A stretch of 64,000 bases of DNA from Planctomycetota bacterium (GCA_038060895.1 JBBTCT010000015.1:64001-128000), one strand, 5' to 3'. Shown: positions 12,072-22,262, counted from the stretch's first letter. Notes: generated by a model not told the origin, from the letters alone. Made by a program: numbers and translations.

Positions 12072-13520
12072 TTCGAACCACCAGCTCAACCGGAATTTAG
12101 CCGCGCGCGGCCAGTCGCTCCTGCCGCCGTCTTCTCCCTCGCGCGCCGCCAGCGCCGCATAGAGCGGCTTCGCCTCGTCTCTCTTCCCGGACTGCTCGAG
12201 CGCCCAGGCGTCGCGCATCGCCTTCTCGCGGTCCCGTTCGCGGGCGACCGGCGGGTAGTCGTCGGTGAACCTCGCGACGGTCTCGGCGTACTGTTTCTTC
12301 TGCGCCCACGGCCACTTCGCGTACGCCTCGAGGAGCGCCTTCTGGCGTCTGAGCTGGAACGGGCTCGGCACCGCCTCCGTTTTCGCGGCGTCCGCGAGCA
12401 GCTTGTCGAGGCGCGGCAGCTCCGCCTGGGCGAATTTCTGCAGCTCGGTGCGAAGGGCAAGGACGGCTTTCTTGTCGGCGAGCGTGACTTTGCGATCGAG
12501 CTCGATCTCGGCTATGCGCGCGACGGCGTCGGGCCAGCGGTCCTGCGCGAGAAGCGCCGTGACTTCCTTCACGTACTTGTCTTCGCTCTTCGAGAGCACG
12601 AGAGGCTCGGGCTGCGGTGCCGCGACCCCGCTGGCGGGCGGATAGGGGAGCGAGCCGGGACCGCCGAGGTCGTTGATGGCGTCGCGCGTGATCTGGAGGC
12701 AGCGGAAATTGACGTCATGCCCCATTTTCGGGATCTCGTGGTAGAGCACCGGCAGGCCCCAGTTCGCCAGCACGTTCGCGTAGTGACGGACTGCGGGAAG
12801 CACTTCGAAATTCCCCGCCTTCTCCGTCTCCAGCTCGCCGACGGTGCAGAACGTCGGGATCGGGGGCATCGTTTCCTTCTTTCCGGCGCCTCCGCTCGAG
12901 TAGAGGAAGAGGGCGCGGAACGGAAACGTCGCCGGGTCCTCTTTCCACCAGTCCACTGCCCACCCGCTCGACCACGCCGTTCCCCACGAAAAACCGCCGA
13001 CGAACACGCGATCCGGGTCCACCGGCTGCTCCCTCATCGTTTTCTCGAGCAGCCACCGGCATCCCTTGATGACGACATCCGGTTTCGCGAGCGTCGGCAG
13101 CCCCATCTTTCCCGTCCCGTCCGCCTGCAGCTCCTGGTACTGCACCCCGATCACGATCACCGGGTCGCGCTCGGTCGTGATCTGCGCCAGCACGCCGACG
13201 CGACCCTTGCCGCGATCGCCGTTCCCGTGAAACACGAACATCAGCGCGTACCGTTTCGACTTGTCGAGGTTCTTCGGAAGCGACAGGTACCCCGTCATCT
13301 TCTCGCACCCCGGTTCCTCGATGTTCAGCTCGGAGAAGTCCGAGGGCCCCTTTACGACCGGGTTCGCTTCGCCGCCGCCCAGCCGGGATTGGGGGAGGAA
13401 CTTTGCGGCGTCCGTCGCGGCGCGATCGCGAACGCGCGCGCCGGCTTCCGGCGCAGGATCCTCCGCGAAAGAGGCGAGGGCGGACAGAAGCGCTGCAAGG
13501 GCGGGGAACGGTGCACGCAT
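12063..13520 (-). CDS. Secreted alpha/beta-hydrolase-fold protein with helical C-terminus
   Basis: Signal peptide, FHGNG, RVFVGGFSWG nucleophile elbow, MGH; GGAGG RBS. Confidence 0.75.
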   Translation of the reverse strand: MRAPFPALAALLSALASFAEDPAPEAGARVRDRAATDAAKFLPQSRLGGGEANPVVKGPSDFSELNIEEPGCEKMTGYLSLPKNLDKSKRYALMFVFHGNGDRGKGRVGVLAQITTERDPVIVIGVQYQELQADGTGKMGLPTLAKPDVVIKGCRWLLEKTMREQPVDPDRVFVGGFSWGTAWSSGWAVDWWKEDPATFPFRALFLYSSGGAGKKETMPPIPTFCTVGELETEKAGNFEVLPAVRHYANVLANWGLPVLYHEIPKMGHDVNFRCLQITRDAINDLGGPGSLPYPPASGVAAPQPEPLVLSKSEDKYVKEVTALLAQDRWPDAVARIAEIELDRKVTLADKKAVLALRTELQKFAQAELPRLDKLLADAAKTEAVPSPFQLRRQKALLEAYAKWPWAQKKQYAETVARFTDDYPPVARERDREKAMRDAWALEQSGKRDEAKPLYAALAAREGEDGGRSDWPRAAKFRLSWWFESK

Positions 13521-13589
13521 GACAAGTCCTCCCGGGAAAGTCGTCGCAGTCTAGCGACTCGCGGGCGTTTCGGACGCGCATCAATGGAA

Positions 13590-13622
13590 CGGGCGCGGAC
13601 TCCCGGGGGGAGGCCCGCGCCC
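13590..13622 (-). terminator. GC-rich hairpin downstream of the 13633-14181 gene
   Basis: GGGCGCGG...CCGCGCCC inverted repeat with only a weak U-tract. Confidence 0.4.
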
Positions 13623-13632
13623 GAACGTGACC

Positions 13633-14181
13633 TTACTTCAGGTCGTCGATTCCTTCTTCTTCCGCATCCGTGGTTTCCTCCCCGCCGCAACCACGCTCGT
13701 CCACGCCGTCGTCCTTCCGCGGCTCCTCCTTGGCGCCTCCGTCGCGCCTGACTTCCGGCTTGCGGACGCTGCCGCCCTCCGGCTTCTTCACCGCGTCCTT
13801 GACGGTCTTCCGGGCTCTTTCCATCTCCTCCTGCATCCGCTTCTTCGCCTCTTCGACCTTCTTCAGGAAATCTCGCTTGAACGCCCCAGGATCGACCTTT
13901 CCACCGCCGGCCGCGGGCTTGCGACCCTCAACCTTCGCGCCGCCATCTTTCACTTCGACCTGCACGTCGGCGGAAGCCTCGGCCTTGGCTTCGGCCTTCG
14001 CTTCCGCACTGGCGTCCGCCTTCGCCTCGGCCTTCCCCTCGTCGTGCGCTTCCTTGTGGTCTTCCGCGTGGGCTACCTTGTGATCCTCCTTCTTGACCTC
14101 CTTGCGGACTACTTTGTCCTCGGCGCGGGCGACGGAAGCGGCGAGGAGTCCTGCGATGGCGAGAGCGATGGCGAAGCGCAT
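13633..14181 (-). CDS. Secreted low-complexity (K/E/A-rich) protein
   Basis: AGGAGG RBS, signal MRFAIALAIAGLLAASVARA and AEAKA repeats. Confidence 0.75.
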   Translation of the reverse strand: MRFAIALAIAGLLAASVARAEDKVVRKEVKKEDHKVAHAEDHKEAHDEGKAEAKADASAEAKAEAKAEASADVQVEVKDGGAKVEGRKPAAGGGKVDPGAFKRDFLKKVEEAKKRMQEEMERARKTVKDAVKKPEGGSVRKPEVRRDGGAKEEPRKDDGVDERGCGGEETTDAEEEGIDDLK

Positions 14182-14390
14182 GTCAATCCTCCTGGTTAGG
14201 TTTCGGGGCTTTTCTCGGAGCAAAGTTGGATACGACGGTCGAAGGGAAGGGCTCCCGGGAATCTGGATGGAATTCCGTGGAAATTGACAGTTCCGTAAGT
14301 TGTTTCTCCCCAATGAGTTAGGAAGTGACGCATCGGGCGACTGAAACCGATCCGGGCATTCTGCGGCTTCCGGCGTATACATTCCCGGTG

Positions 14391-15026
14391 ATGCCCGAAC
14401 TCATTCCCGGCGGCGAAACCGTCCCTCTTGACTGGGCGTCCGAGCCCGACGAGCTGCTCATGCTCCGGGTTCAGTCCGGGGACACGCGCGCGCTCGAACT
14501 GCTGATCCAGCGCTGGTCCCCACGCCTGGCCGGCCTGTTCTACAGGCTCACGGGCGATCCCCACGCGGGAGACGACCTCCTCCAGGAGACCTTCCTTCGC
14601 GTCTGGGCCTCACGCGACTCGTTCCGCCGCGACGCTCGCTTCTCGCCGTGGATTCACACCATCGCGCGCAACCTGGCCACCGACCGTGCGAAGAGCCGCA
14701 GCCGCAAACCGTTCCATCGCGCGCTGAACGTGACCGGAGCGCCCGGCAGCAACACGACGCTGCTCGGCAAGATTCCCGACCACGCGACGACGCCCTTCGC
14801 CGCGGCGTCGCGCCTCGAACTGCTGGCGAAACTCGATGAGGCTCTTCGCGCCGTCCCGGAGCCGTACCGTGAGGCCGTGGTCCTCTGCGACCTCCAGCAC
14901 CTCAGTTACGACGACGCGGCCCAGGTCATCGGCGTCCCCGCGAAGACCGTCAGCTCCCGCCTCGCACGCGGGCGCGAGCACCTGCGCAACGCGCTGAGCG
15001 CATTCAGGAGCGGCCCCCTCCCATGA
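14391..15026 (+). CDS. ECF RNA polymerase sigma factor
   Basis: Region 2 (DLLQETFLRVW...WIHTIARN) and region 4 (YREAVVLCDLQHLSYDDAAQVIGVPAKTVSSRLARGR). Confidence 0.93.
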   Translation: MPELIPGGETVPLDWASEPDELLMLRVQSGDTRALELLIQRWSPRLAGLFYRLTGDPHAGDDLLQETFLRVWASRDSFRRDARFSPWIHTIARNLATDRAKSRSRKPFHRALNVTGAPGSNTTLLGKIPDHATTPFAAASRLELLAKLDEALRAVPEPYREAVVLCDLQHLSYDDAAQVIGVPAKTVSSRLARGREHLRNALSAFRSGPLP

Positions 15027-15796
15027 ACTGCAACCAAGCCCGGGACGCCCTTTCGGCTCTTCTCGACAACGCGCTGACGTCCGATGAAGCGCGTGCCGCC
15101 GAGGAACATGCCGCCTCGTGCGCGGCCTGCCGGGCGCTGAGGAAGGAGCTTGCGGAGGTGCGGCAGCTGTTGCGCGGAATCGACGACGCCGACGAGCCGC
15201 CCGGGCTTGCGGCGAGCGTGGGTCGCGACGTGATGGCCAGCATTCTCGGCCGCCCTCCCGGCGCGAAACCGGCCGCTTCCCGCTCCGCCGACGGTGGTGC
15301 ACGCGCCATCGCGTGGACCGCGGCCGGCATTTCAGCGCTGGCACTGGCCGCCGCGGCGACGTGGGCGGTGTGGGAAAGTTCGAAGCGCGAAGAGAAGCGC
15401 GAGGAGCGCCCTGCGATTCCGGCCCCCGCGACCGGCGCTGCGCCCACCGATACACCGGTCAAGCCGGAGCCGGACCCCGTGCGCCCGGATCCTCCTCCTG
15501 TAAAGCCTGACCCGCCTCCTGTGAAGCCGCCGCGCCCCGCGCCGACGCATCACGGACACCTCGAGGTCCGGGCGACCGATGCCGCCACGCGCGACGCCGT
15601 CCGCGACCTGTTCCGCAGGTGGCACGGCACGTTTTCCGCCTCGGAACCCGACGTGAACGGCATGAGCGCGCTCCTGGTGGATTTCGAAGGGTCGGCCGGA
15701 GATGCAGCCGACGGCTTCGAAAAACTCCTCCGCGAATTTCAGCGCGAGCACGGGGCTTCGCTTCGCTATTGGAACTACTCGTCCGAGACGAGGTGA
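15023..15796 (+). CDS. Zinc-binding (ZAS/zf-HC2) transmembrane anti-sigma factor
   Basis: C...HAASCAAC motif, one TM helix and a Pro-rich linker; overlaps the sigma stop (ATGA). Confidence 0.88.
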   Translation: MNCNQARDALSALLDNALTSDEARAAEEHAASCAACRALRKELAEVRQLLRGIDDADEPPGLAASVGRDVMASILGRPPGAKPAASRSADGGARAIAWTAAGISALALAAAATWAVWESSKREEKREERPAIPAPATGAAPTDTPVKPEPDPVRPDPPPVKPDPPPVKPPRPAPTHHGHLEVRATDAATRDAVRDLFRRWHGTFSASEPDVNGMSALLVDFEGSAGDAADGFEKLLREFQREHGASLRYWNYSSETR

Positions 15797-15824
15797 AGCG
15801 GGCGTCCTCGCGTAGACTGCGCGG

Positions 15825-17255
15825 GTGCCCGAGAATCCAATCGGCCAGATCGCCGTCGAATCCGGACTCATCTCCGCCGAACAGCGCGACGCCGCGCTGA
15901 AAATCCAGGCCGACCTTCGCACGCAGGACCTGTACATGCGCGTCGGCGAAATTCTCGCGCGCCGGACCCTCCTCCAGCCCTCGCAGGTCCGCGAACTCCT
16001 CGAGAAACAGGGACTCGCCCTCGTCCGCTGCCGCTTCTGCGGGAAGCAGTACAACGCCCGCAACTGGTCGGCCGGCCGCGGCCGTTGCCCCTGCGGGGGC
16101 GACCTGGATCTCGCGCCGCCGGAAGCGCCGCTCTCGGTTTCCGGCAACGCCGCGATGGCGAAGGTTGACGACTCCGGGCCCGACAAGCCGCCGCCCGCCG
16201 TCGGATCGCTTCGCGGCCGCTACTTCGGCAAGTACCCGCTCCTCGAGGAACTCGGCCGCGGCGCCATGGGTCTCGTCTACAAGGCCCACGATCCCGCCCT
16301 CGGCCGCCCGATCGCCATCAAGGTTCTCATCGACGCCGGCACGCCCGACGAAAGCGCGAAACGCCGGCACCAGTTCCTGCAGGAAGCGCGCTCTGCCGCA
16401 AAGCTGCGCCACCCGTCGATCGTCGCCGTCCACGAGGTCGGCCAGTCCGAGGGCTCGGGCTACTTCACCATGGACTTCATCGACGGCGCTCCGCTGTCGG
16501 CCCTGATCAAGGAGGAACAGGATCACGGCCGGCCGCTCGCGTTCGAGAATTCCGAGAAACCGCTTCCCCACGTCATCGAATGGATGCACGACGTCGCCCT
16601 CGCGCTTCAGCACGCTCACCAGGCCGGCCTGCTGCACTGCGACGTGAAGCCGGGCAACATCCTGATCGACCGGCGCAACAAGGCGCTGCTCTCCGATTTT
16701 TCCGCCGCGCGCGGCGTTCGCTTCAACAAGGGCGATCCGAATTCGAAACGCGTCCTGGGAACGCTTCTCTACATGGCGCCCGAGCAGGCCAGGGGCGCAG
16801 CGAAGGAAGTCGGGATCGCCAGCGACCTCTGGGCGTGCGGGGCGGTTCTGTTCGTGTTGCTGACAGGGAAGCGGCCCTTCGGGGGCGAGACGGCGATCGA
16901 CATCCGGCGTTCGATCGTGACGAAGCCGGCGGCGGCGCCGCGTTCGCTCAACCCGCGGATCCCGAAGGATCTCGAGGGAATCGTGGTGAAGTGCCTGCAA
17001 AAGGATCCGAAGCTGCGCTACGAATCGGCGAAAGACCTTGCGGACGATCTGCAGCGGTACCTGGACGGGAAACCGGTCGCTGCCCCTGTGTTCAAGGAGG
17101 CGCCGTCCGGGCCGCCGGTGTGGAAAGACAGGAAGGTCTGGGTTGCGGTGGCGATCGGAGTGGTGTTGATTGCGGGGATGATCGGGTTTGGTTGGGTGAT
17201 GAAGAAAGCCGGAGGCAGGAAGGACAGGTATGAGGTTCCCGAGGAGCAGCGGTGA
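15825..17255 (+). CDS. Membrane-anchored Ser/Thr kinase with N-terminal Zn ribbon
   Basis: CRFC...CPC, GRGAMG, IAIK, HCDVKPGN, DFS (in place of DFG), YMAPEQ and a C-terminal TM. Confidence 0.9.
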   Translation: MPENPIGQIAVESGLISAEQRDAALKIQADLRTQDLYMRVGEILARRTLLQPSQVRELLEKQGLALVRCRFCGKQYNARNWSAGRGRCPCGGDLDLAPPEAPLSVSGNAAMAKVDDSGPDKPPPAVGSLRGRYFGKYPLLEELGRGAMGLVYKAHDPALGRPIAIKVLIDAGTPDESAKRRHQFLQEARSAAKLRHPSIVAVHEVGQSEGSGYFTMDFIDGAPLSALIKEEQDHGRPLAFENSEKPLPHVIEWMHDVALALQHAHQAGLLHCDVKPGNILIDRRNKALLSDFSAARGVRFNKGDPNSKRVLGTLLYMAPEQARGAAKEVGIASDLWACGAVLFVLLTGKRPFGGETAIDIRRSIVTKPAAAPRSLNPRIPKDLEGIVVKCLQKDPKLRYESAKDLADDLQRYLDGKPVAAPVFKEAPSGPPVWKDRKVWVAVAIGVVLIAGMIGFGWVMKKAGGRKDRYEVPEEQR

Positions 17256-17306
17256 GAAGCCCTTGCCGCTCCCTCCGCTCGCTACCATAATCCGCCCCCC
17301 CGACTC

Positions 17307-17771
17307 ATGCCCAACACCCTTCGCCCGGCGCAGGACGGAAAAGGCAAGCGCTTCGCCATCGCTGCCGCGCTCTTCAACGAGGAGATCGTCAAATCTCTCG
17401 TCGATGCCGCGGTGAAGACGCTGGAAGCGCGCGGCGTCGCGACGGACGACATCTGCATCGCGTGGGTTCCGGGTTCGTTCGAGCTGCCGCTGGCGGCGCA
17501 GAAATTCGCGAAGACGGGCCGGTACGCCGCCGTGATCTGCCTGGGAGTGCTCGTCAAGGGGCAGACGCGCCACGACGAAGTCGTCTGCGACGCCGCCGCG
17601 CGCGGCATCTCCGAGGTCTCACTCGATACCGGCGTCCCCTGCGCCTTCGGGGTCATCACGGCCCCTTCCCGCCAGCACGCCCTCGACCGCGCCGGCTCCG
17701 AGATCAATCGCGGCGCCGAGGCCGCTGAAGCCGCGCTCGAAATGGCCGACGTCCTCCCGAGGATCGAATGA
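17307..17771 (+). CDS. ribH: 6,7-dimethyl-8-ribityllumazine synthase
   Basis: VPGSFELP, AVICLG..KGQTRH and FGVIT. Confidence 0.96.
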   Translation: MPNTLRPAQDGKGKRFAIAAALFNEEIVKSLVDAAVKTLEARGVATDDICIAWVPGSFELPLAAQKFAKTGRYAAVICLGVLVKGQTRHDEVVCDAAARGISEVSLDTGVPCAFGVITAPSRQHALDRAGSEINRGAEAAEAALEMADVLPRIE

Positions 17772-18217
17772 GGCGTCGCACCCAGTCACGCCGCCTCGCA
17801 CTTCAGTGGCTGTACAAATCCGACCTCACGGGCGATTGGGAAGCGTCGGATCTGGAGACGTACCTGGGGCTGCGGGGGGATCCGGAAGAGGTGCGGAAGC
17901 TGGCGAGGGACATCGTCGAGGGTGTGGTCGCGAAGAAGGGAAAACTCGACGCCGAGATCACGCGCATCGCCGAGAACTGGGACATCAGCCGGATGGCCAC
18001 GATTGACCGCAACGTCATCCGCCTCGCGGCGTGGGAACTGATTTTCACGGACACTCCGGGGCCCGTGATCCTGAACGAGGCGGTCGAGCTGGCGAAGGCG
18101 TTCTCAACGGAGAATTCCGGCGCCTTCGTGAACGGGATCCTGGACCGCATCCGGCCGGAGAGAGAGAAGATCCGGGCCGAAATGGACGTAGACCTCAAAG
18201 ACAAGGAGAAGGAGTAG
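17768..18217 (+). CDS. nusB: Transcription antitermination factor NusB
   Basis: RRRTQSRRLALQWLY, IDRNVIRLA, NEAVELAK and FVNGILD. Confidence 0.96.
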   Translation: MRRRTQSRRLALQWLYKSDLTGDWEASDLETYLGLRGDPEEVRKLARDIVEGVVAKKGKLDAEITRIAENWDISRMATIDRNVIRLAAWELIFTDTPGPVILNEAVELAKAFSTENSGAFVNGILDRIRPEREKIRAEMDVDLKDKEKE

Positions 18218-18262
18218 GAGGAGAGCCTGTTCCTTTCTTCCTGCTGCTAAGATCGTTCTCGC

Positions 18263-19219
18263 ATGGGCCTCTTCGGCAAAGCGTTCGAAAAAATCAAGGC
18301 CGGCCTCGCGAAGACCAAGAAGGTCCTCACGACGCCGATCCAGGACCTGTTCGTCCTCACGCGGAAGCTCGACGAGGCTTTCATCGACGAGCTCGAGGAA
18401 ACGCTGATCACAGCGGACATCGGCGTGGCGACCGCGACGAAAATCATCGAAGACCTGAAGTTCAAGTACAAGCACAAGGAAATCATGGAAGTGCCGCAGG
18501 TGCATGCGTACCTGCAGGCCAGCCTGCTCAGGCAGCTTCAGTCGATTCCGAGGGCGGTCCGGTACGCGCCGTCGGGCCCGACCGTCATCCTGATTGCCGG
18601 CGTGAACGGGACGGGGAAGACCACTTCCGTCGCGAAACTTGCCCACTGGTTCCACGCCGAAGGCAAGAAAGTGATTCTCGGCGCGTGCGACACTTTCCGC
18701 GCGGCGGCGATCGAGCAGCTGACGATCTGGTCGGGTCGTCTCGGGGTGGAGATCGTGAAGCACCAGATGAACGCGGATCCTGCCGCGGTGGCGTTCGACG
18801 CTGTCGAAGCGGCGATCGCGCGGAAGGCGGACGTTCTGCTGATCGACACGGCGGGGCGGCTGCATACGAAACAGAATCTCATGACGGAGCTCGGGAAAAT
18901 CCGGCGCGTGATCCAGAAGAAGCTGCCGGAAGCGCCGCACGAGACCTGGCTCGTCCTGGACGCGACGACGGGCCAGAACGCCGTGAACCAGGCCAGGGCG
19001 TTCAACGAGACTCTTCAGGTGACCGGGCTCGTGCTGGCGAAGCTCGACGGCACGGCAAAGGGCGGCGTGGTGATCGCGATCGAGGAACAGCTCAAGCTAC
19101 CCGTGAAATTCGTCGGCGTCGGCGAGCAGATCGAGGACGTGGAGATCTTTGAACCGGAAGCCTTCGTGAAGGCGCTGCTGGACCTCGACAAAACAGAAGC
19201 GTCTGCGGCGGCGAAGTGA
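18263..19219 (+). CDS. ftsY: SRP receptor FtsY
   Basis: GVNGTGKTT, DTFRAAA, DTAGR, DATTGQN, KLDGTAKGG and GVGE. Confidence 0.97.
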   Translation: MGLFGKAFEKIKAGLAKTKKVLTTPIQDLFVLTRKLDEAFIDELEETLITADIGVATATKIIEDLKFKYKHKEIMEVPQVHAYLQASLLRQLQSIPRAVRYAPSGPTVILIAGVNGTGKTTSVAKLAHWFHAEGKKVILGACDTFRAAAIEQLTIWSGRLGVEIVKHQMNADPAAVAFDAVEAAIARKADVLLIDTAGRLHTKQNLMTELGKIRRVIQKKLPEAPHETWLVLDATTGQNAVNQARAFNETLQVTGLVLAKLDGTAKGGVVIAIEEQLKLPVKFVGVGEQIEDVEIFEPEAFVKALLDLDKTEASAAAK

Positions 19220-19273
19220 CGGAGCCGCGCGCCATGACCACAGCGGCCCTTCCCGGTGTATCTTAGAGCGCGA

Positions 19274-20614
19274 ATGAGTCCGATCTCCGCCCGCTTCCTG
19301 CCCTCGCTGCTGCTCTGCGCCGCCGCGGCGCTGGCGTCCGCGGAAACGCCGAAAGTCGAAATCGGCGGGTCGCACGACGACGAGACGTTTCGAAAAGAGG
19401 CGCGCGGGGCGCTGCGCCACGCGTTTCCGGTTTTTTGCGAACTGGGCGGCGTGAAGCTGGAAAAGGATGCGCCCTACGTGCTCAACGTGTACCGGCTGCG
19501 CGACGAATACCTTAAGGCCGACCGCGAGCTCAACGGCGGGCGCTTCGCGAACAACGGCGGATTCTTCTCGGTCGATACCGGCGAGGCGCACCTGCTCATG
19601 GCCCCGAGGGTGGACCCGGAGTTCACGGGGCGCGTCCCGCTTACCGAGCGCATGCGCACGCTCATCGTCCATGAGACCTCGCACATGTTCTGGCGGCGCC
19701 ACGTCCCCTGGTATCCCGGCGCGCCCCAGTGGGCGCTCGAGGGCATGGCGGAATACTGCGCGGAAAGGGAAATCGGGAAGGACGCCCTGTTCGGGATCTA
19801 CTTCTCGACGGGAATGCACGCCCTGCGCCGCGCGATCGCTTCCGGCCGGCTCGTGCCGCTCGAGGACGTCGTCGCGATGGACCTCTCGGCGCAACCGGAC
19901 GCGTTTCTTCGCGACCTTTACTACCGGGAGTCGTGGGCGCTGGTGAAGTGGCTGGTTGAGACGAAACCGGAGGCGTGGGCGGCGCTCGTGCGCGATTTCG
20001 AGGGAGTCTCGGACCGCGAAGAGGCCGCGGCCCGCGGCAGGACGTTTTTCGCAAAGAGGGTCGGCGCTCCGCGAGAGGTCCAGAAGGCGTGGACGGACTG
20101 GATTGACGGGCTTGCGATCGGGAACTGGGAGATGAAGTACGGGGATTGGCGGCTGGACGCCGGCGAGATGGAAGGCACCGCCTACCCGAATACCGGGTCC
20201 GCCATCCTCAACGAGCAGGATCTGAAAGGGAACGCAGCGGTTCAGGCGGAGGTCTGGATCCAGGATCTCGCCAACGGCCAGGCCGACATCGTGATCGGTG
20301 CGTGGGATGACCGCGCGCGCAACATGGTGAAAGTCGCGTTCATGAAGTCGGGGATGACCGCCCTGCTCGTGCTGAAGGAAGATCGATGGGAGCGCGCGGC
20401 TTTCTCGCAGAGCGCGCCGGTCGCCATCCCCGCAGAGACATGGAAAGCCGTCAGGGTCGAAATCGAGGGCCGCACCGTCCGGGCGCTCGTGGACGACAAG
20501 CCCGTGCTCGAGCACCAGATCGCCGACGAGGACGTCCGGCTCGACGGGCGATGGGGATTCGGGAATTACGACAGCTCCGTCCGGTTCCGCCGCTGGAAGG
20601 TCGAAATGAAATGA
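19274..20614 (+). CDS. Secreted gluzincin-like metallopeptidase domain (DUF1570/peptidase MA-like) plus beta-sandwich domain
   Basis: Signal peptide, HETSH followed by WALEGMAEY and YRESWALV; ConA/DUF1080-like C-terminal domain. Confidence 0.7.
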   Translation: MSPISARFLPSLLLCAAAALASAETPKVEIGGSHDDETFRKEARGALRHAFPVFCELGGVKLEKDAPYVLNVYRLRDEYLKADRELNGGRFANNGGFFSVDTGEAHLLMAPRVDPEFTGRVPLTERMRTLIVHETSHMFWRRHVPWYPGAPQWALEGMAEYCAEREIGKDALFGIYFSTGMHALRRAIASGRLVPLEDVVAMDLSAQPDAFLRDLYYRESWALVKWLVETKPEAWAALVRDFEGVSDREEAAARGRTFFAKRVGAPREVQKAWTDWIDGLAIGNWEMKYGDWRLDAGEMEGTAYPNTGSAILNEQDLKGNAAVQAEVWIQDLANGQADIVIGAWDDRARNMVKVAFMKSGMTALLVLKEDRWERAAFSQSAPVAIPAETWKAVRVEIEGRTVRALVDDKPVLEHQIADEDVRLDGRWGFGNYDSSVRFRRWKVEMK

Positions 20615-21324
20615 GCTCGACCGCCACGAAGGTCGTCGAGACGCTGCTGGCCGCATTCGGCCCGCAGAAGTGGTGGCCCGCTGAAACGCCCTTTGAAGTC
20701 TGCGTCGGAGCGATTCTTGCACAGAATACGAGCTGGAAAAACGTCGAGCTGGCGATCGGGAATTTGAAGCGGATTGCCGTGGCAGAGTCGGGAGCCAGTA
20801 GTCGGGAGTCGGGAGAGAACGGACTTACCGCAGAGTTGATTGTCAGCCTGGGCCTGGCCAGATTGGAAACGGTCATCAAGCCTGCCGGCACCTTCAGGGT
20901 GAAGGCGAAACGCCTCATGCGCTTCTGCAAGTGGCTGCACGAAGAACATGGCGGGTCCATCGAGGGGCTGTTCGATCGCGCCGCGGAGCCGCTGCGCGAC
21001 ATGTTGCTCGAGGTCCAGGGTATCGGGCCTGAAACGGCGGACGCGATCGCCCTCTACGCTGCCGGCAAGGAGACGTTCGTCGCCGACTCTTACACGCACC
21101 GGATTCTCGCCCGCCACGGATGGCTCGACTGGGAGTCGGGATACGACGACGTGCGCGGCTGGTGGATGGACGCTCTTCCGCGCGACGCCGCGCTCTATAA
21201 CGAGGCCCACGCGCTTCTCGTCAAGACCGCCAAGGAATACTGCAAGGCCAGGCCGAAGTGTGACGGGTGCCCGCTTCAGCAGATGCTTCCCGACGGCGGC
21301 CCGCGGGAGCGTGAGCGATGGTAA
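20611..21324 (+). CDS. HhH-GPD / endonuclease III-related protein
   Basis: WWPAETPFEVCVGAILAQNT, GIGPETADAI, VADSY and Fe-S-like C..PKCDGCPL. Confidence 0.92.
   Translation: MSSTATKVVETLLAAFGPQKWWPAETPFEVCVGAILAQNTSWKNVELAIGNLKRIAVAESGASSRESGENGLTAELIVSLGLARLETVIKPAGTFRVKAKRLMRFCKWLHEEHGGSIEGLFDRAAEPLRDMLLEVQGIGPETADAIALYAAGKETFVADSYTHRILARHGWLDWESGYDDVRGWWMDALPRDAALYNEAHALLVKTAKEYCKARPKCDGCPLQQMLPDGGPRERERW
20785..20812 (+). repeat. Heptamer tandem repeat inside CDS
   Basis: GAGTCGG GAGCCAG TAGTCGG GAGTCGG. Confidence 0.7.
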
Positions 21325-22232
21325 AGGGACGGGTCGTGCGGATTGTCGGGAACGAGTTCCACGTCGAGACCGAGACGGCGATGCTCCGGTGCAGCCTGAC
21401 GAACAAGGTGCGCCGCTCGAAGGATGGGGCGAACAAGCCGGCGGCGGTCGGCGACGAGGTCGAGGTCGAGCCGGGGGAGGCGGGCGAAGGGACTTTCCTG
21501 AAGACGCTTCCGAGAAAAACAAAACTCTGCCGGGCCAAGGGATCGCAGGGGCGGATTGAAGGCGTGCTGGTCGCAAATGCGGAGCAGGTGCTCGCGGTTT
21601 TTTCGGCGCGTTCGCCGGATCCGGATTTCCGCGCGGTCGACCGGGCGCTCGTCATGGGAGAGGCCGGCCGGATGAAATGTGCGATTGCGATCAACAAAAC
21701 GGACCTGGCGCCGCCGCCGCCCGAAGTCGCGGCGTACCGCGCGGCGGGGTATCCGGTGTTCGAGACCTCCGCGGTAGCGGGGAAGGGGCTCGACGAAGTG
21801 CGCGCGTGGATTGCCGGTACGACGACGGTGCTGATGGGCCCGAGCGGCGTCGGGAAATCCAGCCTGCTCAACGCGATCGATCCCGAATGGAAGCGGAAGA
21901 TCGGTGCGCTGTCCGAGAAGATCGAAGAAGGCCGGCACACGACGACGTGGGTCGAGATGCTGCCGCTTCCCGGCGGCGGCTGGATCGTGGACACGCCCGG
22001 GATCGAGTCGTTCGGATTGTGGGGGCTGGAATCGGCGGATCTCGCCGCGTATTACCCGGAGATGCGCCCGTTCGAGGGGAAGTGCAAGTACCGGGACTGC
22101 CGGCACGATTCGGAACCGGGGTGCGCGGTGAAGGCGGGGGTTGAGGCAGGCGCGATTTCGGTGAAGAGGTGGGAAGGGTACCTGGTGCTGCAGAGGGAGA
22201 TGGCGGCAGTGGAGAATGCGCCGAGAAGGTAA
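21318..22232 (+). CDS. rsgA: Ribosome small subunit-dependent GTPase A
   Basis: AVGD, NKTD, GPSGVGKSS, GRHTTT, DTPG and CKYRDCRHDSEPGC. Confidence 0.96.
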   Translation: MVKGRVVRIVGNEFHVETETAMLRCSLTNKVRRSKDGANKPAAVGDEVEVEPGEAGEGTFLKTLPRKTKLCRAKGSQGRIEGVLVANAEQVLAVFSARSPDPDFRAVDRALVMGEAGRMKCAIAINKTDLAPPPPEVAAYRAAGYPVFETSAVAGKGLDEVRAWIAGTTTVLMGPSGVGKSSLLNAIDPEWKRKIGALSEKIEEGRHTTTWVEMLPLPGGGWIVDTPGIESFGLWGLESADLAAYYPEMRPFEGKCKYRDCRHDSEPGCAVKAGVEAGAISVKRWEGYLVLQREMAAVENAPRR

Positions 22233-22262
22233 GTGGAAGGAAGAAATGGGGTGACGAAAGGA

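Noticed and set aside
13970-14040. GCCTTCGCTTC-type repeats
   Set aside because: They encode the AEAKA low-complexity segment of the secreted protein.
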